Assembly: GCA_033549025.1 (NCBI GenBank)
Contig: JAWSUS010000011.1
Location: 1 to 64,000 of the forward strand
Length of the DNA stretch: 64,000 bases
Origin: Desulfuromonadales bacterium
Lineage (GTDB): Bacteria > Desulfobacterota > Desulfuromonadia > Desulfuromonadales > SZUA-540
Direction of reading: 5' to 3'
A program made the position numbers and the translations under genes. The notes beneath the pieces were generated by a model. The model had not been told where the DNA came from and searched no databases. It worked only from the letters and a program-made list of their open reading frames with translations. Positions 1 through 12,799 of this stretch are shown in pieces. How positions within the stretch are numbered: position 1 is the stretch's first letter; each line of letters begins with the position of its first letter.

Positions 1-76
1 CGATCTAACGCCATACGAAAAGTTGCTGGATCATTTCTATGGCTTAAAAGTGTAAACAACGCGTTCAGATCTAACA
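1..76 (+). mobile_element. Right end of an IS481-family-like insertion sequence (transposase C-terminus plus terminal inverted repeat)
   Basis: Frame 2..55 reads DLTPYEKLLDHFYGLKV*, a TPYEKL-type integrase-core C-terminus. Bases 56-76 reverse-complement to TGTTAGATCTGAACGCGTTGT, matching the TGT...GTTGT pattern of IS481 ends. It abuts the broken RT. Confidence 0.6.
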
Positions 77-899
77 CATAAATATTGCAGTCGTCGGCAT
101 AACGGCAGAAGGCGTGGCCGCGCTTCTCCAGTTCCTTGTCGCACTCATCAAGCAGGATGTTCGGCAGAAGCGGCGAGAGTGGTCCGCCCTGCGGCGTCCC
201 CTCCCTCCGTGGCGAGACAATCCATCCTTCGAGAGCTCCGACCGTCAGGTATCTGCGGATCAGTTGCAGCACCCGGCGGTCTTTGACCTTGCGGGCCACG
301 CGGGCCATGAGCACGTCGTGTCCCACCCGGTCGAAGAACTTCTCCAGGTCGATATCGACCACCCACCGCCGCCCTTCGGCCACATGCCGACGGGCGGACT
401 GTACGGCCTGGTGGGCGCTCTTACCGGGACGAAACCCGTAGGAGCTTTCGGAGAAGTAAGGATCGAACAGCCGCATCAGCTCTTGATGCAGCGCCTGCTG
501 AATGAGCCGGTCCAGCACCGTGGGAATGCCGAGCATGCGCGTCCCCCCGCCAGGCTTGGGAATGTCTACCTTGCGCACCGGCCGGGGCTGGTAGGTCCCT
601 TTCAGCAGTTCCTCCTTGATGCGCGGCCATTCCTTGACCAGGTAGGCCTTCAGTTCGCCCACCTGCATCCCGTCGATGCCGGGGGCTCCCTTGTTGCTGA
701 CCACCCGCCCGTAGGCCGTCATCATGTTGCTACGGCTGACGACATCCTCCATCAGTCGCGTTTCCACTTCCGTCCAGGAAGGTTCCCGGCATGCCGTACC
801 GTTTGACGCACCACCGCCGTACTCTGGCGACTTCCGGTCGCTACCCTCGGGTGTGGCCCCTGATATCTCAACCAGGGCTTCTGCTCCTTCGATCGTCAT
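77..899 (-). pseudogene. ltrA: Group II intron reverse transcriptase/maturase, truncated after YADD
   Basis: Hand translation from ATG at 899 gives NKGAPGIDG, IPKPGGGTRMLGIPTVLDRLIQQA, SYGFRPGKSAHQA, WVVDIDLEKFFD, GTPQGGPLSPLL and RGHAFCRYADDCNIY, then unrelated sequence. It is absent from the ORF track because the frame runs off the window. Confidence 0.9.
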
Positions 900-1360
900 C
901 GAAATTCTGGTCTCCTGAATCGATGCCTCGTGTTCGGCCCTTCACCGGGGTGGTCGGCCCCGGCTACTATGGCTTCTGCTGACTTCTGCCGACCCGTCCC
1001 GGCGCCTCTCGACGCCGGTAGCACGAGGCAGATCGGCAGATCTCCCAGGGTAATGCGCGTGACCTTCCTCCCACATACCCGCAGCATATACAGCCCCACC
1101 CTCCCGGATGGCTATCGGGCTTTGAAGATGTTGGCCTTCTCGCCCGGATGGGACTGCCTCGTATGCGGTTTCTGTTCGTCGGGCCGGGATTTTGCCTACG
1201 GCTTCCTTCAGATGCCACCTCGCGGTGGACACCCTTGCCGTTCGGCTAGCGGTTCCCGCCATCAGGGTCCGGAGGGGACTTTCACCCCCAAGTCATCCAG
1301 TCGTCACCACAACAACCGGAACAGCGCCAGGCACGGCGCTACGCGCCATGCCTGGCGCAC
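77..1360 (-). mobile_element. Group II intron, class C (IIC), 5' portion; interrupted by the IS
   Basis: The minus strand starts GTGCGCCAGGCATGGCGC at 1360, 5 nt after a terminator U-tract. About 460 nt of non-coding RNA precede the RT ORF. Confidence 0.9.
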
Positions 1361-1365
1361 CAACG

Positions 1366-1396
1366 AAAAAACCGGCGCCATGAACGGCAGCCGGTT
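1366..1396 (-). terminator. Intrinsic terminator of gntR; target of the IIC intron
   Basis: Minus strand AACCGGC...GCCGGTTTTTT hairpin plus U-tract. Confidence 0.8.
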
Positions 1397-1422
1397 CCAG
1401 TTCGTTACCATGTGCGACAGTG

Positions 1423-2133
1423 TCAGACATCCACGGCTTGTTGGTAGATCGCTTTTTCTGCCTTGCGTCCCTCTTCCTTGGCCAGGCTCTGCAAAAGCAC
1501 CTGCCCGCCATAGTTAGCCGTTTTCTTGACTAGGTTGTCCGCCTTGTCGCCATTATGCTCTTTAAAGGCTTCAATGATTTTTTTGTGTTCTTCAACGGAT
1601 ATTTTCATGCGCCCTGGCAAGGAAAGAGAGGCCATGCGCAGGCGATTGAAACGCATCATCATCTGTCCGATAAGTTCTCGCAGTTTGTCATTGCCCGCGG
1701 CCCGGATAAATAAATCATGAAACTCGTTGTGCACCTTGAAAAAGGTTTTTATATCGCCATCATCAGCCAACTGTTGCAGGCGATCATTGATGCTTTCGAG
1801 TTTTTCGATGTCCTTTTCCGCCATGTTTTCGGCTGCCATACGCGCCGCATAGCCTTCAAGAATGCTTTTTATGGCATAAAACTCTTCTACATCCCTCTCG
1901 GACAGGGAAGTCACCACCGCGCCTTTGCGCGGAATGACGGTAAGGTAGCCCTCTGTTTCCAATTGGCGGAAAGCTTCCCTGATCGGTGTGCGACTGATAC
2001 CGAAACGTTCGGCCAATTCCGGCTCAGCGACCTTTTCCCCCGGTTTCATTGTGCCCTTGAGGATAGAGTCGCGGATCGTTTCCAGTATTTTTTCCCGCAG
2101 CGTCTGATGGCGTTCAATCGGTTTTTTTCGCAT
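1423..2133 (-). CDS. GntR/FadR (FCD) transcriptional regulator
   Basis: [21 protein letters not shown] and a C-terminal FCD domain (HNEFH, EEHKKI). Start set at MRKKP. Confidence 0.92.
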   Translation of the reverse strand: MRKKPIERHQTLREKILETIRDSILKGTMKPGEKVAEPELAERFGISRTPIREAFRQLETEGYLTVIPRKGAVVTSLSERDVEEFYAIKSILEGYAARMAAENMAEKDIEKLESINDRLQQLADDGDIKTFFKVHNEFHDLFIRAAGNDKLRELIGQMMMRFNRLRMASLSLPGRMKISVEEHKKIIEAFKEHNGDKADNLVKKTANYGGQVLLQSLAKEEGRKAEKAIYQQAVDV

Positions 2134-2166
2134 TGGGGGCTCTCCAATTTGAAATGAATTTTTCAA

Positions 2167-2194
2167 ATTGTATACAGTATACATAATCTGTCAA
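2167..2194 (-). promoter_or_regulatory. Sigma70 promoter of gntR overlapped by palindrome TGTATAC-A-GTATACA (2169-2183)
   Basis: Minus strand TTGACA-16nt-TACAAT with a perfect 7-1-7 inverted repeat over the spacer and -10. Confidence 0.7.
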
Positions 2195-2440
2195 GGCTTT
2201 TCTTGTCCCCCCGGCCTCTGCCAAGCTCTTATATCTACTTGTCTTTTTACTATTTTCCCCCTAAGATTGATGCGAGTTCAGTCGGCATGATTTACCGGAT
2301 GTTTTCCCTGCTCCGCCTTTGCGCAGGATATTGGCCGTTTTAACCTGCCGGGCAAAACCTCTGATTATTCCCCCGGTCGCCATGGGGCCAGGTTCGAGCC
2401 TCTCCAACTCTCTCTTTTTTGTCTATTTTGGGATGATGTT

Positions 2441-3226
2441 GTGAAAAATGACCTCTTTGTCCATGTTCCCTGGAAACAGCTAGGCCCCAATTGGTCTTTT
2501 TTCGTCGATAACCGGCTTCAACCGGAAATCGCTTTTAAAGCCGATGACTTCACCGAGACTACCTTCGAACAGGTTCGCACCCTGTCGGCAGAGCTCTCGC
2601 AACATGGCCTTCGAAATACCATCCATGCGCCCTTTCTTGACCTCAATCCCGGCGCCCTGGACCCTCTGGTGCTGAAGGCCACCCGAAAACGGTTTCATCA
2701 AACCCTGGATTTCGCTGAAATACTAGCGTCCGACCTCATCGTATTTCACCCTGGCTACGATCGATGGCGGTACGGCGGTCAAAGTCACTTGTGGCTTGAG
2801 ACAAATCTTGGCTTTTGGCCCGAGTTCATTCACCGGGCCGAGCGCATGGGCTGTACCCTGGTTACTGAAAATATCTTTGAAGAGTCCCCCGACACCCTGG
2901 CTGCTCTGCTGCAGGCCATGGATTCGCCTTTCTTTGGAGCCTGTTTCGACCTTGGCCATTGGCACCTCTTTGGTCAAAGCGATCTAGACGCCTGGCTTCG
3001 CCCCCTGGCCAAGCATCTTCGGCACCTCCACCTGCATGATAATCATGGCACCGCGGATGAACACCTGGCCCTGGGTGAGGGACTAATCGACTTTCAGGCA
3101 CTATTCCGAGCGCTAGACGCCGCCTCCCTCCGCCCCAGTGTCACTCTCGAGGTTCACGAATCTGCGGGCATCATCTCATCCATAGCCACTCTGAAACGTT
3201 TATCCTCCTCAGGCCAGAGGCTTTAA
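2441..3226 (+). CDS. Sugar phosphate isomerase/epimerase (AP endonuclease 2-like TIM barrel)
   Basis: Motifs IHAPF, VFHPG, TEN, FDLGH, HLHDN, DEHL, TLE. Confidence 0.85.
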   Translation: MKNDLFVHVPWKQLGPNWSFFVDNRLQPEIAFKADDFTETTFEQVRTLSAELSQHGLRNTIHAPFLDLNPGALDPLVLKATRKRFHQTLDFAEILASDLIVFHPGYDRWRYGGQSHLWLETNLGFWPEFIHRAERMGCTLVTENIFEESPDTLAALLQAMDSPFFGACFDLGHWHLFGQSDLDAWLRPLAKHLRHLHLHDNHGTADEHLALGEGLIDFQALFRALDAASLRPSVTLEVHESAGIISSIATLKRLSSSGQRL

Positions 3227-4416
3227 TCCACCAGGCTTCCGCGTTTGATCCCTGGATCACCGTATTTTTCTCGTATGCGGTCCACCGCCTCGTCGAGGGC
3301 CTTCCTTTTCTTTTGTTCCTGGGCATCCTCAAACAAAGTCATCTGGTCTGTTTCACAAGGAACAAGACTTCCGGCCGTAACCCCAAGGAGGCGGATACCC
3401 CTCTGCCCAGATTCGGTCCTGGCTAAAAGCTCCTTAGCGACGGGATACAGCTCGGGGACACTGGCAGATGGATTTTCCAGGGTTTTCGACCTCGTAACCT
3501 GCTCGAAATTTCCATATTTGACCTTAATCGTTAATGCAGAGGCCAACAGACTTTTTTTTCGCAAGCGTGAGGCAACCTTTTCAGCAAGTCGTAGTAGGTG
3601 GGTTTGCAGTGTGTCAACCTCAAATAAATCGACGGGGAAGGTCTCTTCCTGTCCGATCGATTTCACTGTGTCGTCCATGACAATTGGGCGATCATCGATC
3701 CCCCTCGCCAGCTCGTAAAATCGTTGGCCTGTCACCCCGAAAAGTTGGATCAACTGCGCCAGGCTCAAACGCCGCAGCTCACCGATAGTGTTTATCCCTA
3801 GTCGATTCAGCCTTTCTTTTCCTTTGCTACCGATTCCCCATAGCGCCTCTATGGGCAGGGGCAGGATAAATGCCTCAATTTCATGGGGATGGATCACTTT
3901 GAGTCCATCCGGTTTGGCGGCCTCAGAAGCCAGCTTGGCCAGATATTTATTGGGAGCCACACCGGCACTGGCAGGCAGGGCGAGCCCTTCCCGAATTGAT
4001 TTTCTGATATTTTGAGCTATGGAGACAGCCTCGCCTAGAAGACGCTCACATCCGGTGACATCCAGGAAGGCTTCATCGATGGACAAGGGCTCGACCCGGT
4101 CCGTAAACTGCCTGAAAATGGCAAAAATTTGGCGCGAAACGGCTTTGTAGGCTTCCATTCGGACCGGAAGGACTACAGCCTCAGGGCACAACTGGACAGC
4201 CCGCGCCAGCGACATGGCCGAACGCACTCCGAAGCCACGGGCCTCATAGGAACAGGCACTGACCACACCCCTTGTGCGACTGCCCCCGACAATAACCGGT
4301 CGGTTTCGCAATTCGGGCTGATCCCGCTGCTCTACGGAGGCATAAAAGGCATCCATGTCGACGTGAATGATCTGGCGCGCATCCTTTGAAGACATAGCTT
4401 CAGCTGTGCTCCCCAT
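3223..4416 (-). CDS. dinB: DNA polymerase IV
   Basis: IIHVDMDAFYASVE, SYEAR, SIDEAFLD, KLASE..KPDG. Start may be 4395. Confidence 0.95.
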   Translation of the reverse strand: MGSTAEAMSSKDARQIIHVDMDAFYASVEQRDQPELRNRPVIVGGSRTRGVVSACSYEARGFGVRSAMSLARAVQLCPEAVVLPVRMEAYKAVSRQIFAIFRQFTDRVEPLSIDEAFLDVTGCERLLGEAVSIAQNIRKSIREGLALPASAGVAPNKYLAKLASEAAKPDGLKVIHPHEIEAFILPLPIEALWGIGSKGKERLNRLGINTIGELRRLSLAQLIQLFGVTGQRFYELARGIDDRPIVMDDTVKSIGQEETFPVDLFEVDTLQTHLLRLAEKVASRLRKKSLLASALTIKVKYGNFEQVTRSKTLENPSASVPELYPVAKELLARTESGQRGIRLLGVTAGSLVPCETDQMTLFEDAQEQKKRKALDEAVDRIREKYGDPGIKRGSLVD

Positions 4417-4423
4417 CTGGGCT

Positions 4424-4465
4424 AAACGACAAAAGGCGACCCCTGAGGATCGCCTTTTGTCGTTT
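4424..4465. terminator. Intrinsic terminator after atpC
   Basis: AAACGACAAAAGGCGA / TCGCCTTTTGTCGTTT 16-bp perfect stem. Confidence 0.85.
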
Positions 4466-4479
4466 CATCGTTATGCGAA

Positions 4480-4893
4480 TTAGTGGCCCTTACGACTGGC
4501 CACCTGAATGCGGATCAAGGCCCGCTCGAGAGCGGCTTCCATCACACGGAAATCTTTATCATCCTGTGACAGTTCTTTAAGGGCTTTTTCGGCCCGGCCC
4601 AGAGCAGCCTTGGCTCTTTCCAGGTCGATTTCATCGGCAGGTTCCGCGGTCTCGACCAGGACGGTAACCTTGTCCTCTTCCACCTCAACATACCCCCAGT
4701 TAACAGCCAGATGGAAAGTCTCACTACCGGCACGGTAGGTGAGTTCTCCAATTTTAAGGGTTGTAAGCATGGGAGTGTGCCCGGGAAGAATGCCGAATTC
4801 ACCTATGGTACCAGGCGCGGTAACCTCATCGACCTCTACCGAAAGAACCCTTTTATAAGGGGTTACCATTTCGAGTTTTAGCTTTTCTGCCAT
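4480..4893 (-). CDS. atpC: ATP synthase F1 epsilon
   Basis: VTP, GEFGILPGH; operon position. Confidence 0.96.
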   Translation of the reverse strand: MAEKLKLEMVTPYKRVLSVEVDEVTAPGTIGEFGILPGHTPMLTTLKIGELTYRAGSETFHLAVNWGYVEVEEDKVTVLVETAEPADEIDLERAKAALGRAEKALKELSQDDKDFRVMEAALERALIRIQVASRKGH

Positions 4894-4950
4894 CGGTATA
4901 TCCTTTAGCCGGATGATGAAGCCGTGCGGGCTTCACCGGAACGAGATTGA

Positions 4951-6411
<1,461 letters not shown>

Positions 6412-6417
6412 TTAGTC

Positions 6418-7284
6418 TTATTTGATCGATTCGGCGCCGGAAATGATCTCCATGAGCTCTTTGGTAATAGCAGCCTGACGCGCTCTATTGTATTGAAGCG
6501 TAAGCTTGGAGATCATCTCTTTGGCATTTCTGCTGGCACTGTCCATGGCGCTCATGCGGGCACCATGTTCGGAGGCAACGGATTCCAGCAACCCACGGAA
6601 AATCTGTACCTCAATGTGCTTGGGCAAAATTTGATCGAGAACTTCTCCGCGGTTGGGTTCGTAAAGGTACTGGGGAACATGGGTTCCCTCCTCGACCTCA
6701 AGGGGAACAATCGGCAGGAGTTTTTCGATCAGCGGATCCTGGGAAATCGCGCTACGGAAAGCGTTGTACGCCAGATATACCGCGTCATATTTTCCTTCGG
6801 TATATTCCGACACAATATCCTGACCCAGAAGAGACGCCGTGCTGTAGGAGATGGAGCCGGTGATGTTTTCATGCACCTTGACGATGTTCATCCCTTTACG
6901 CGTTCTGAGGTAGTCTCTCCCCTTGCGGCCAATGATCATAATGTCGATGTCTGTGAACCCTTCGGGGTTCTGCCGAACAAATCGCTCCACGGCCTTGGAA
7001 ATATTGGCGTTGAAACCACCGCACAGACCCCGGTCAGCGGTCATAAGAACGACCAGCGCCCGACCCTTGCCCCGTTGCTGGAGCAGCGGGTGAGCTTCCG
7101 TGTCCTCACGCAGCGCCAGGCTGGAGAGAACCTCCAGCATTTTCTCGGCGTAGGGACGCGCAGAGACAACGGCTTCCTGAGCGCGACGCAATTTGGCTGC
7201 CGAGACCATTTTCATAGCCTTGGTGATCTGACTGGTATTTTTGACCGAAGAGATTCTCTTCTTAATATCCTTCAGGCTTGCCAT
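6418..7284 (-). CDS. atpG: ATP synthase F1 gamma
   Basis: [21 protein letters not shown]. Confidence 0.98.
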   Translation of the reverse strand: MASLKDIKKRISSVKNTSQITKAMKMVSAAKLRRAQEAVVSARPYAEKMLEVLSSLALREDTEAHPLLQQRGKGRALVVLMTADRGLCGGFNANISKAVERFVRQNPEGFTDIDIMIIGRKGRDYLRTRKGMNIVKVHENITGSISYSTASLLGQDIVSEYTEGKYDAVYLAYNAFRSAISQDPLIEKLLPIVPLEVEEGTHVPQYLYEPNRGEVLDQILPKHIEVQIFRGLLESVASEHGARMSAMDSASRNAKEMISKLTLQYNRARQAAITKELMEIISGAESIK

Positions 7285-7308
7285 CTGTTCATACCTTTTG
7301 AATACGTT

Positions 7309-8826
<1,518 letters not shown>

Positions 8827-9369
8827 TCACCCCTTCTTTAAGGTATCTTCAATCCGTTTCAACTGGGTTTTTATGCTTCCGTCAAAAAGCTGACCGGCAA
8901 TTTCAGCCTGCAGCCCCCCGATAAGGGCGGGATCGACATCCATGGTGACGTCAATCCGTTTGCCCGTCTTCTTTTCCAAAGCGGAAGCAATGTCCCTGAC
9001 CTGTTCCTCAGCGAGAGGAGAGGCAGACTTCAGCCGTGCCCGCAAAACGCCAGACAGTTCATCGGCCAGCTTCCGGTAATCCCCTTCTATCAGGGAGAGG
9101 TACTTAAGTCGGTCGTTCTCCAGGAGAAGTCCCAGAAAATTGCGAACACCCTCGGAGAGTTCCAGACTTTTTGCCACCTCTTGCAGAATGGTCGTTTTCT
9201 TCTCTAAAGGAAAAGTCGGACTCTCCATAAGAAGCCGGAGAAAATCTTCCGAGGCAAACACAGAGGACACCTTGGCTAATTCCTGGCCAAAGTCCTCCAC
9301 CATCTTTTGCTCGGCACCCAGGTTCACCAGGGCCTTCGCATACCGCCTGGATATCGCGCTGATACTCAA
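8827..9369 (-). CDS. atpH: ATP synthase F1 delta
   Basis: RRYAKAL, LIGG..DGS; TTG start. Confidence 0.95.
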   Translation of the reverse strand: MSISAISRRYAKALVNLGAEQKMVEDFGQELAKVSSVFASEDFLRLLMESPTFPLEKKTTILQEVAKSLELSEGVRNFLGLLLENDRLKYLSLIEGDYRKLADELSGVLRARLKSASPLAEEQVRDIASALEKKTGKRIDVTMDVDPALIGGLQAEIAGQLFDGSIKTQLKRIEDTLKKG

Positions 9370-9944
9370 TGTAATTCTCCCACCTTTTGAATATATTCAT
9401 TCACCAGACGTTTTTGATCGTCTCCGGTAACCTTTTGGGTGAGCAGATCCCTCGCTATTTCGATAGCCATATTGGTCGCCTCCTGCCGAAGTTCAGCTTT
9501 GGCCTTGGCTATTTCACGAGAAGCGGCTTTCTCTGCGTCCTGACTGATTTTTACTGCCATTTCTTTCGCTTCGGCGATAATCCGGTCACGCTCCAGCTCG
9601 CCCTCGCGTTTGATCGAAGCATAGATGTCGTCGATTTCTGCGGAAGCCTTGGTCAGCTTCTCATCGTACTCCGCATAACGTGCTTCGGCCTTCTCTTTGG
9701 CTGCCTGGGCCTCCTTAAGAGCATTTTCAATTCCTTCACGGCGCCCTGCCAGCCCTTTGCGAATAGGCTTGGTTACGAAATAGGCCAGCAGCCCGAAGGT
9801 AACCGCGAAATTGAACATGCGGTAAAGAAAGTCCTTGATGAGAACACCGCTGTCCACGTGATGAGCGTCAGCGGCGGCAACAGCGACAGAAGCGGAGACA
9901 ATAAGCAGCAGGGCTGCCGCGGAAGATATGATCTTTTTATTCAT
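9366..9944 (-). CDS. atpF: ATP synthase Fo subunit b
   Basis: N-terminal hydrophobic segments, NF motif and coiled coil. Start could be 9965. Confidence 0.9.
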   Translation of the reverse strand: MNKKIISSAAALLLIVSASVAVAAADAHHVDSGVLIKDFLYRMFNFAVTFGLLAYFVTKPIRKGLAGRREGIENALKEAQAAKEKAEARYAEYDEKLTKASAEIDDIYASIKREGELERDRIIAEAKEMAVKISQDAEKAASREIAKAKAELRQEATNMAIEIARDLLTQKVTGDDQKRLVNEYIQKVGELH

Positions 9945-9964
9945 CAAAATCCCTCTTGAGTTCA

Positions 9965-10390
9965 TTACAGGCTCCTTCCCAGGAGTTTGGCAGCAATATC
10001 GGATGCCAGGTTTTCCGCATCGGACCTCAGGGCTTTGCGCGCTTCCTCTGCCTCGCCGGCCACTTTTTCCTTCATGGACTCCAGAGTTGCCGTAGCACTC
10101 TGCCTGGCGGCCGAAAGGATTTCAGTCTCTTTGGCTACCGCCTCTTCTTTCATGGTCGCCTTTTCTTTGCCGGCGGTCATTTTGGCTTCCTGCAGTTTTT
10201 CCTGATAGGCGGCCATTTTTTCTTCAACCTGAACAGCCAGATCCTTAGCCCGCTGATGGGAACCATCAATGGTTTCCTTGCGCTTTTGCAGCATGCTGCG
10301 AAGCGGTTTATAAAGGATAAAGTTCAGCGCAACCATCAAAACGACAAAGTTGACAAACTGGACAATTATGGTTCCGTTGATTTCAATCAC
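9965..10390 (-). CDS. ATP synthase Fo subunit b'
   Basis: QFVNF..LNFILYKP plus coiled coil; first gene of the atpF'FHAGDC operon. Confidence 0.9.
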   Translation of the reverse strand: MIEINGTIIVQFVNFVVLMVALNFILYKPLRSMLQKRKETIDGSHQRAKDLAVQVEEKMAAYQEKLQEAKMTAGKEKATMKEEAVAKETEILSAARQSATATLESMKEKVAGEAEEARKALRSDAENLASDIAAKLLGRSL

Positions 10391-10432
10391 AGCAATACCT
10401 CATAAACGTCTTTGGGCGTTTGTTTAAATATT

Positions 10433-10447
10433 CGTATACTGTATACA
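10433..10447. promoter_or_regulatory. Operator-like palindrome upstream of the atp operon
   Basis: CGTATACTGTATACA matches the reverse complement of the gntR palindrome at 14/15. Confidence 0.7.
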
Positions 10448-10598
10448 GGGAAACAGGAGGGTTATAGACCCCCCGGGGGCTAAATCGGGCAATAGCTATC
10501 ACATGACCCATGTTATGTCAAGGTCTTTTGCCCCTGCTCGAGGAAAGGTTCGCACCTGGTGCGCCTTAACGCTCCTCTGTTTTCCATTGGAGCTGATT

Positions 10599-11006
10599 TT
10601 ATTTGTCCTTAGATGGCGCGGGGGTTGCCCCTTTTTCCACCTTCATGCTGATGTTGCTGTTGACCCGCACACCCTCTTCAACAATCAGTACCGGTGTTTC
10701 GATGTTGCCCTCCACCACCGCCGGGGCACGGAGCTCGACGCGATTGGAGGCTTTAATATTTCCTTTGAAACGACCACTCAGGATAAGGCTTCCCACCGTT
10801 ATTTCGGCTTGAATGTCAGCCGCCTCGCCCACAATCAACGTGTCCTTGGAGGCGATTTCGCCCCGAAAGGCCCCATCCAGTCGCACAATGTCATCAAAAA
10901 CAAGCTTGCCCTCAAATTCGCTACCGGGTCCAAGGAAGGCCTTAATCTCGCGCTTTTCAATGGGCGTTTCTTTTTTCATCGCGTTTTCTTCCTTTTTAGT
11001 AAACAT
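10599..11006 (-). CDS. Bactofilin (polymer-forming cytoskeletal protein)
   Basis: LGPGSEFEGKL..VRLDG..G.I beta-helix repeats. Confidence 0.9.
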   Translation of the reverse strand: MFTKKEENAMKKETPIEKREIKAFLGPGSEFEGKLVFDDIVRLDGAFRGEIASKDTLIVGEAADIQAEITVGSLILSGRFKGNIKASNRVELRAPAVVEGNIETPVLIVEEGVRVNSNISMKVEKGATPAPSKDK

Positions 11007-11032
11007 GGCAGAGAGACTCCCATCTCATTTAT

Positions 11033-11887
11033 TTATAAAGTGAGGCCCAAGACCTCCATCAATCTTTCCAGCTCTTGCGGAGAAAAATAGGTGATCTCAA
11101 TTTTGCCGCCCTTTCCCTTGGCCGAAATTTTTACCTGGGTACCCAGGGCTCTTTTCAACTCTCCGGCCAGATGGATCAACTCCGGGTTATCCGCCGGCTT
11201 CTTTTTCGGTTTGGCGACCACGCCAAAACTCTTTATTTTCTTTATAAGCGCCTCCGTTTCCCGAACAGAGAGCTTTTTCTCCAAAACCTGGTTTCTGGCT
11301 TCGACGATATCCTCATCCGACTCTAGCGAAAGCAGGCTTCGTGCGTGCCCCATAGTCAGACGGCTGCTCAACACATCGTCACGAACAGGTTCCGGCAATC
11401 TTAAAAGGCGTAGCGAGTTGGCCACGGTGGACCTGTCTTTGCCCACCCTTCGCGCTACCTCTTCCTGCGAGAGATCGAAACCATCCATAAGGTTTCGATA
11501 GGCCTCGGCCTCTTCAATGGGGTTCAAATCCTCCCGCTGGATGTTTTCTATCAGGGCCACTTCCAGGGCCCAGTCTTCAGATACATCCTGAATGACGACG
11601 GGAATTTCTCGCAAACCCGCTTTTTGAGCAGCCCTCCACCGCCGCTCTCCCGCTATGATCTGATAAGAATCCTCTACTCGCCGGACCACAAGAGGTTGAA
11701 TGACCCCCTTCTCCTTGACCGAGGCGACGAGTTCGGCCATTTTTTCATCGTTAAAAGTTTTGCGGGGCTGTTTGCTGTGCGGTTTGAGCTCTTCGATGGG
11801 ACATAGAAAATATTTCCGCCCCCCTTCCTGGGTGGCGGAATTGAGCAAAGCGCCTATTCCCTTGCCCAGCGCCGGACGTTTGGCCAT
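11033..11887 (-). CDS. parB: Chromosome partitioning protein ParB
   Basis: QPR, IIAGERRWRA, ENIQREDL, HTH. Confidence 0.97.
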   Translation of the reverse strand: MAKRPALGKGIGALLNSATQEGGRKYFLCPIEELKPHSKQPRKTFNDEKMAELVASVKEKGVIQPLVVRRVEDSYQIIAGERRWRAAQKAGLREIPVVIQDVSEDWALEVALIENIQREDLNPIEEAEAYRNLMDGFDLSQEEVARRVGKDRSTVANSLRLLRLPEPVRDDVLSSRLTMGHARSLLSLESDEDIVEARNQVLEKKLSVRETEALIKKIKSFGVVAKPKKKPADNPELIHLAGELKRALGTQVKISAKGKGGKIEITYFSPQELERLMEVLGLTL

Positions 11888-11888
11888 A

Positions 11889-12653
11889 TCAACTCTCCAT
11901 CTCTATGATTTCCTTAGCTAATTCCAGGTAAGCCATTGCTCCGCGAGAGGTGATATCGTATAAAATCACCGGTAATCCGTGGCTGGGCGCCTCGGACAGG
12001 CGAACATTTCTGGGAATGACCGAATCGAAAACCTTGTCGGAGAAATGGTTTCGTATTTCTTCGCTTACCTGGTGGGACAAATTATTGCGCCCATCGAACA
12101 TGGTCAGCAGAATTCCGCCTATTTTCAGTCGAGGGTTTAACTCTTTCTGAATAAGGCGTATGGTCTTGGTCAACTGGCTCAACCCCTCCATGGCATAAAA
12201 TTCACACTGGAGTGGAATAAGAACCCGGTCGGCTGCGGTCAGGGCATTGACGGTCAGCAACCCGAGAGAAGGCGGACAGTCAATAATGATAAAATCATAC
12301 TCGGATTCTACTTCCCGCAAAACGCCCTGCAGCTTTACCTCTCTGGCCAGGGCAGACACCAGTTCAATTTCAGCCCCGATAAGATCGGTATTGGCCGGGA
12401 GGATGTCCAAGTTGGGCATCTGGGTGTGAAGGAGAATATCTTTGGCCCTGGCCTCACCCAGCAAGGCGTTATAGATCGTCAATTCCTGCGAACCCTTATC
12501 CACGCCAAGTCCGGAGCACGCGTTCCCCTGGGGGTCCATATCCACCAGGAGGGTCTTCTTTTCAGCGGCAGCCAGTGAAGCCGACAGATTTACGGCGGTG
12601 GTAGTCTTACCCACTCCACCCTTTTGATTGGCTACAACAATAATACGGGCCAT
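11889..12653 (-). CDS. parA: ParA/Soj ATPase
   Basis: NQKGGVGKTT, DPQGN, IPRNVRLSEAPS. Start at MARII. Confidence 0.97.
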   Translation of the reverse strand: MARIIVVANQKGGVGKTTTAVNLSASLAAAEKKTLLVDMDPQGNACSGLGVDKGSQELTIYNALLGEARAKDILLHTQMPNLDILPANTDLIGAEIELVSALAREVKLQGVLREVESEYDFIIIDCPPSLGLLTVNALTAADRVLIPLQCEFYAMEGLSQLTKTIRLIQKELNPRLKIGGILLTMFDGRNNLSHQVSEEIRNHFSDKVFDSVIPRNVRLSEAPSHGLPVILYDITSRGAMAYLELAKEIIEMES

Positions 12654-12799
12654 CGAGTCTCTCCTCACCCCCATTTCAAGAGGCCAAAGATTACCACAAC
12701 AGGGGGCTTCGTCCAAGAAAAAAGCCCTTTATTACAAGGTCTTATTTCACTTCAAGATATAGTTTATCCCGCCAACAAACCACAACATCTTGGGTGCAA

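Noticed and set aside
114..806. 230-aa plus-strand ORF
   Set aside because: In-register antisense shadow of the intron RT.
930..1517. Several ORFs over 896-1517
   Set aside because: They overlap the non-coding intron RNA and terminator and show no protein motifs.
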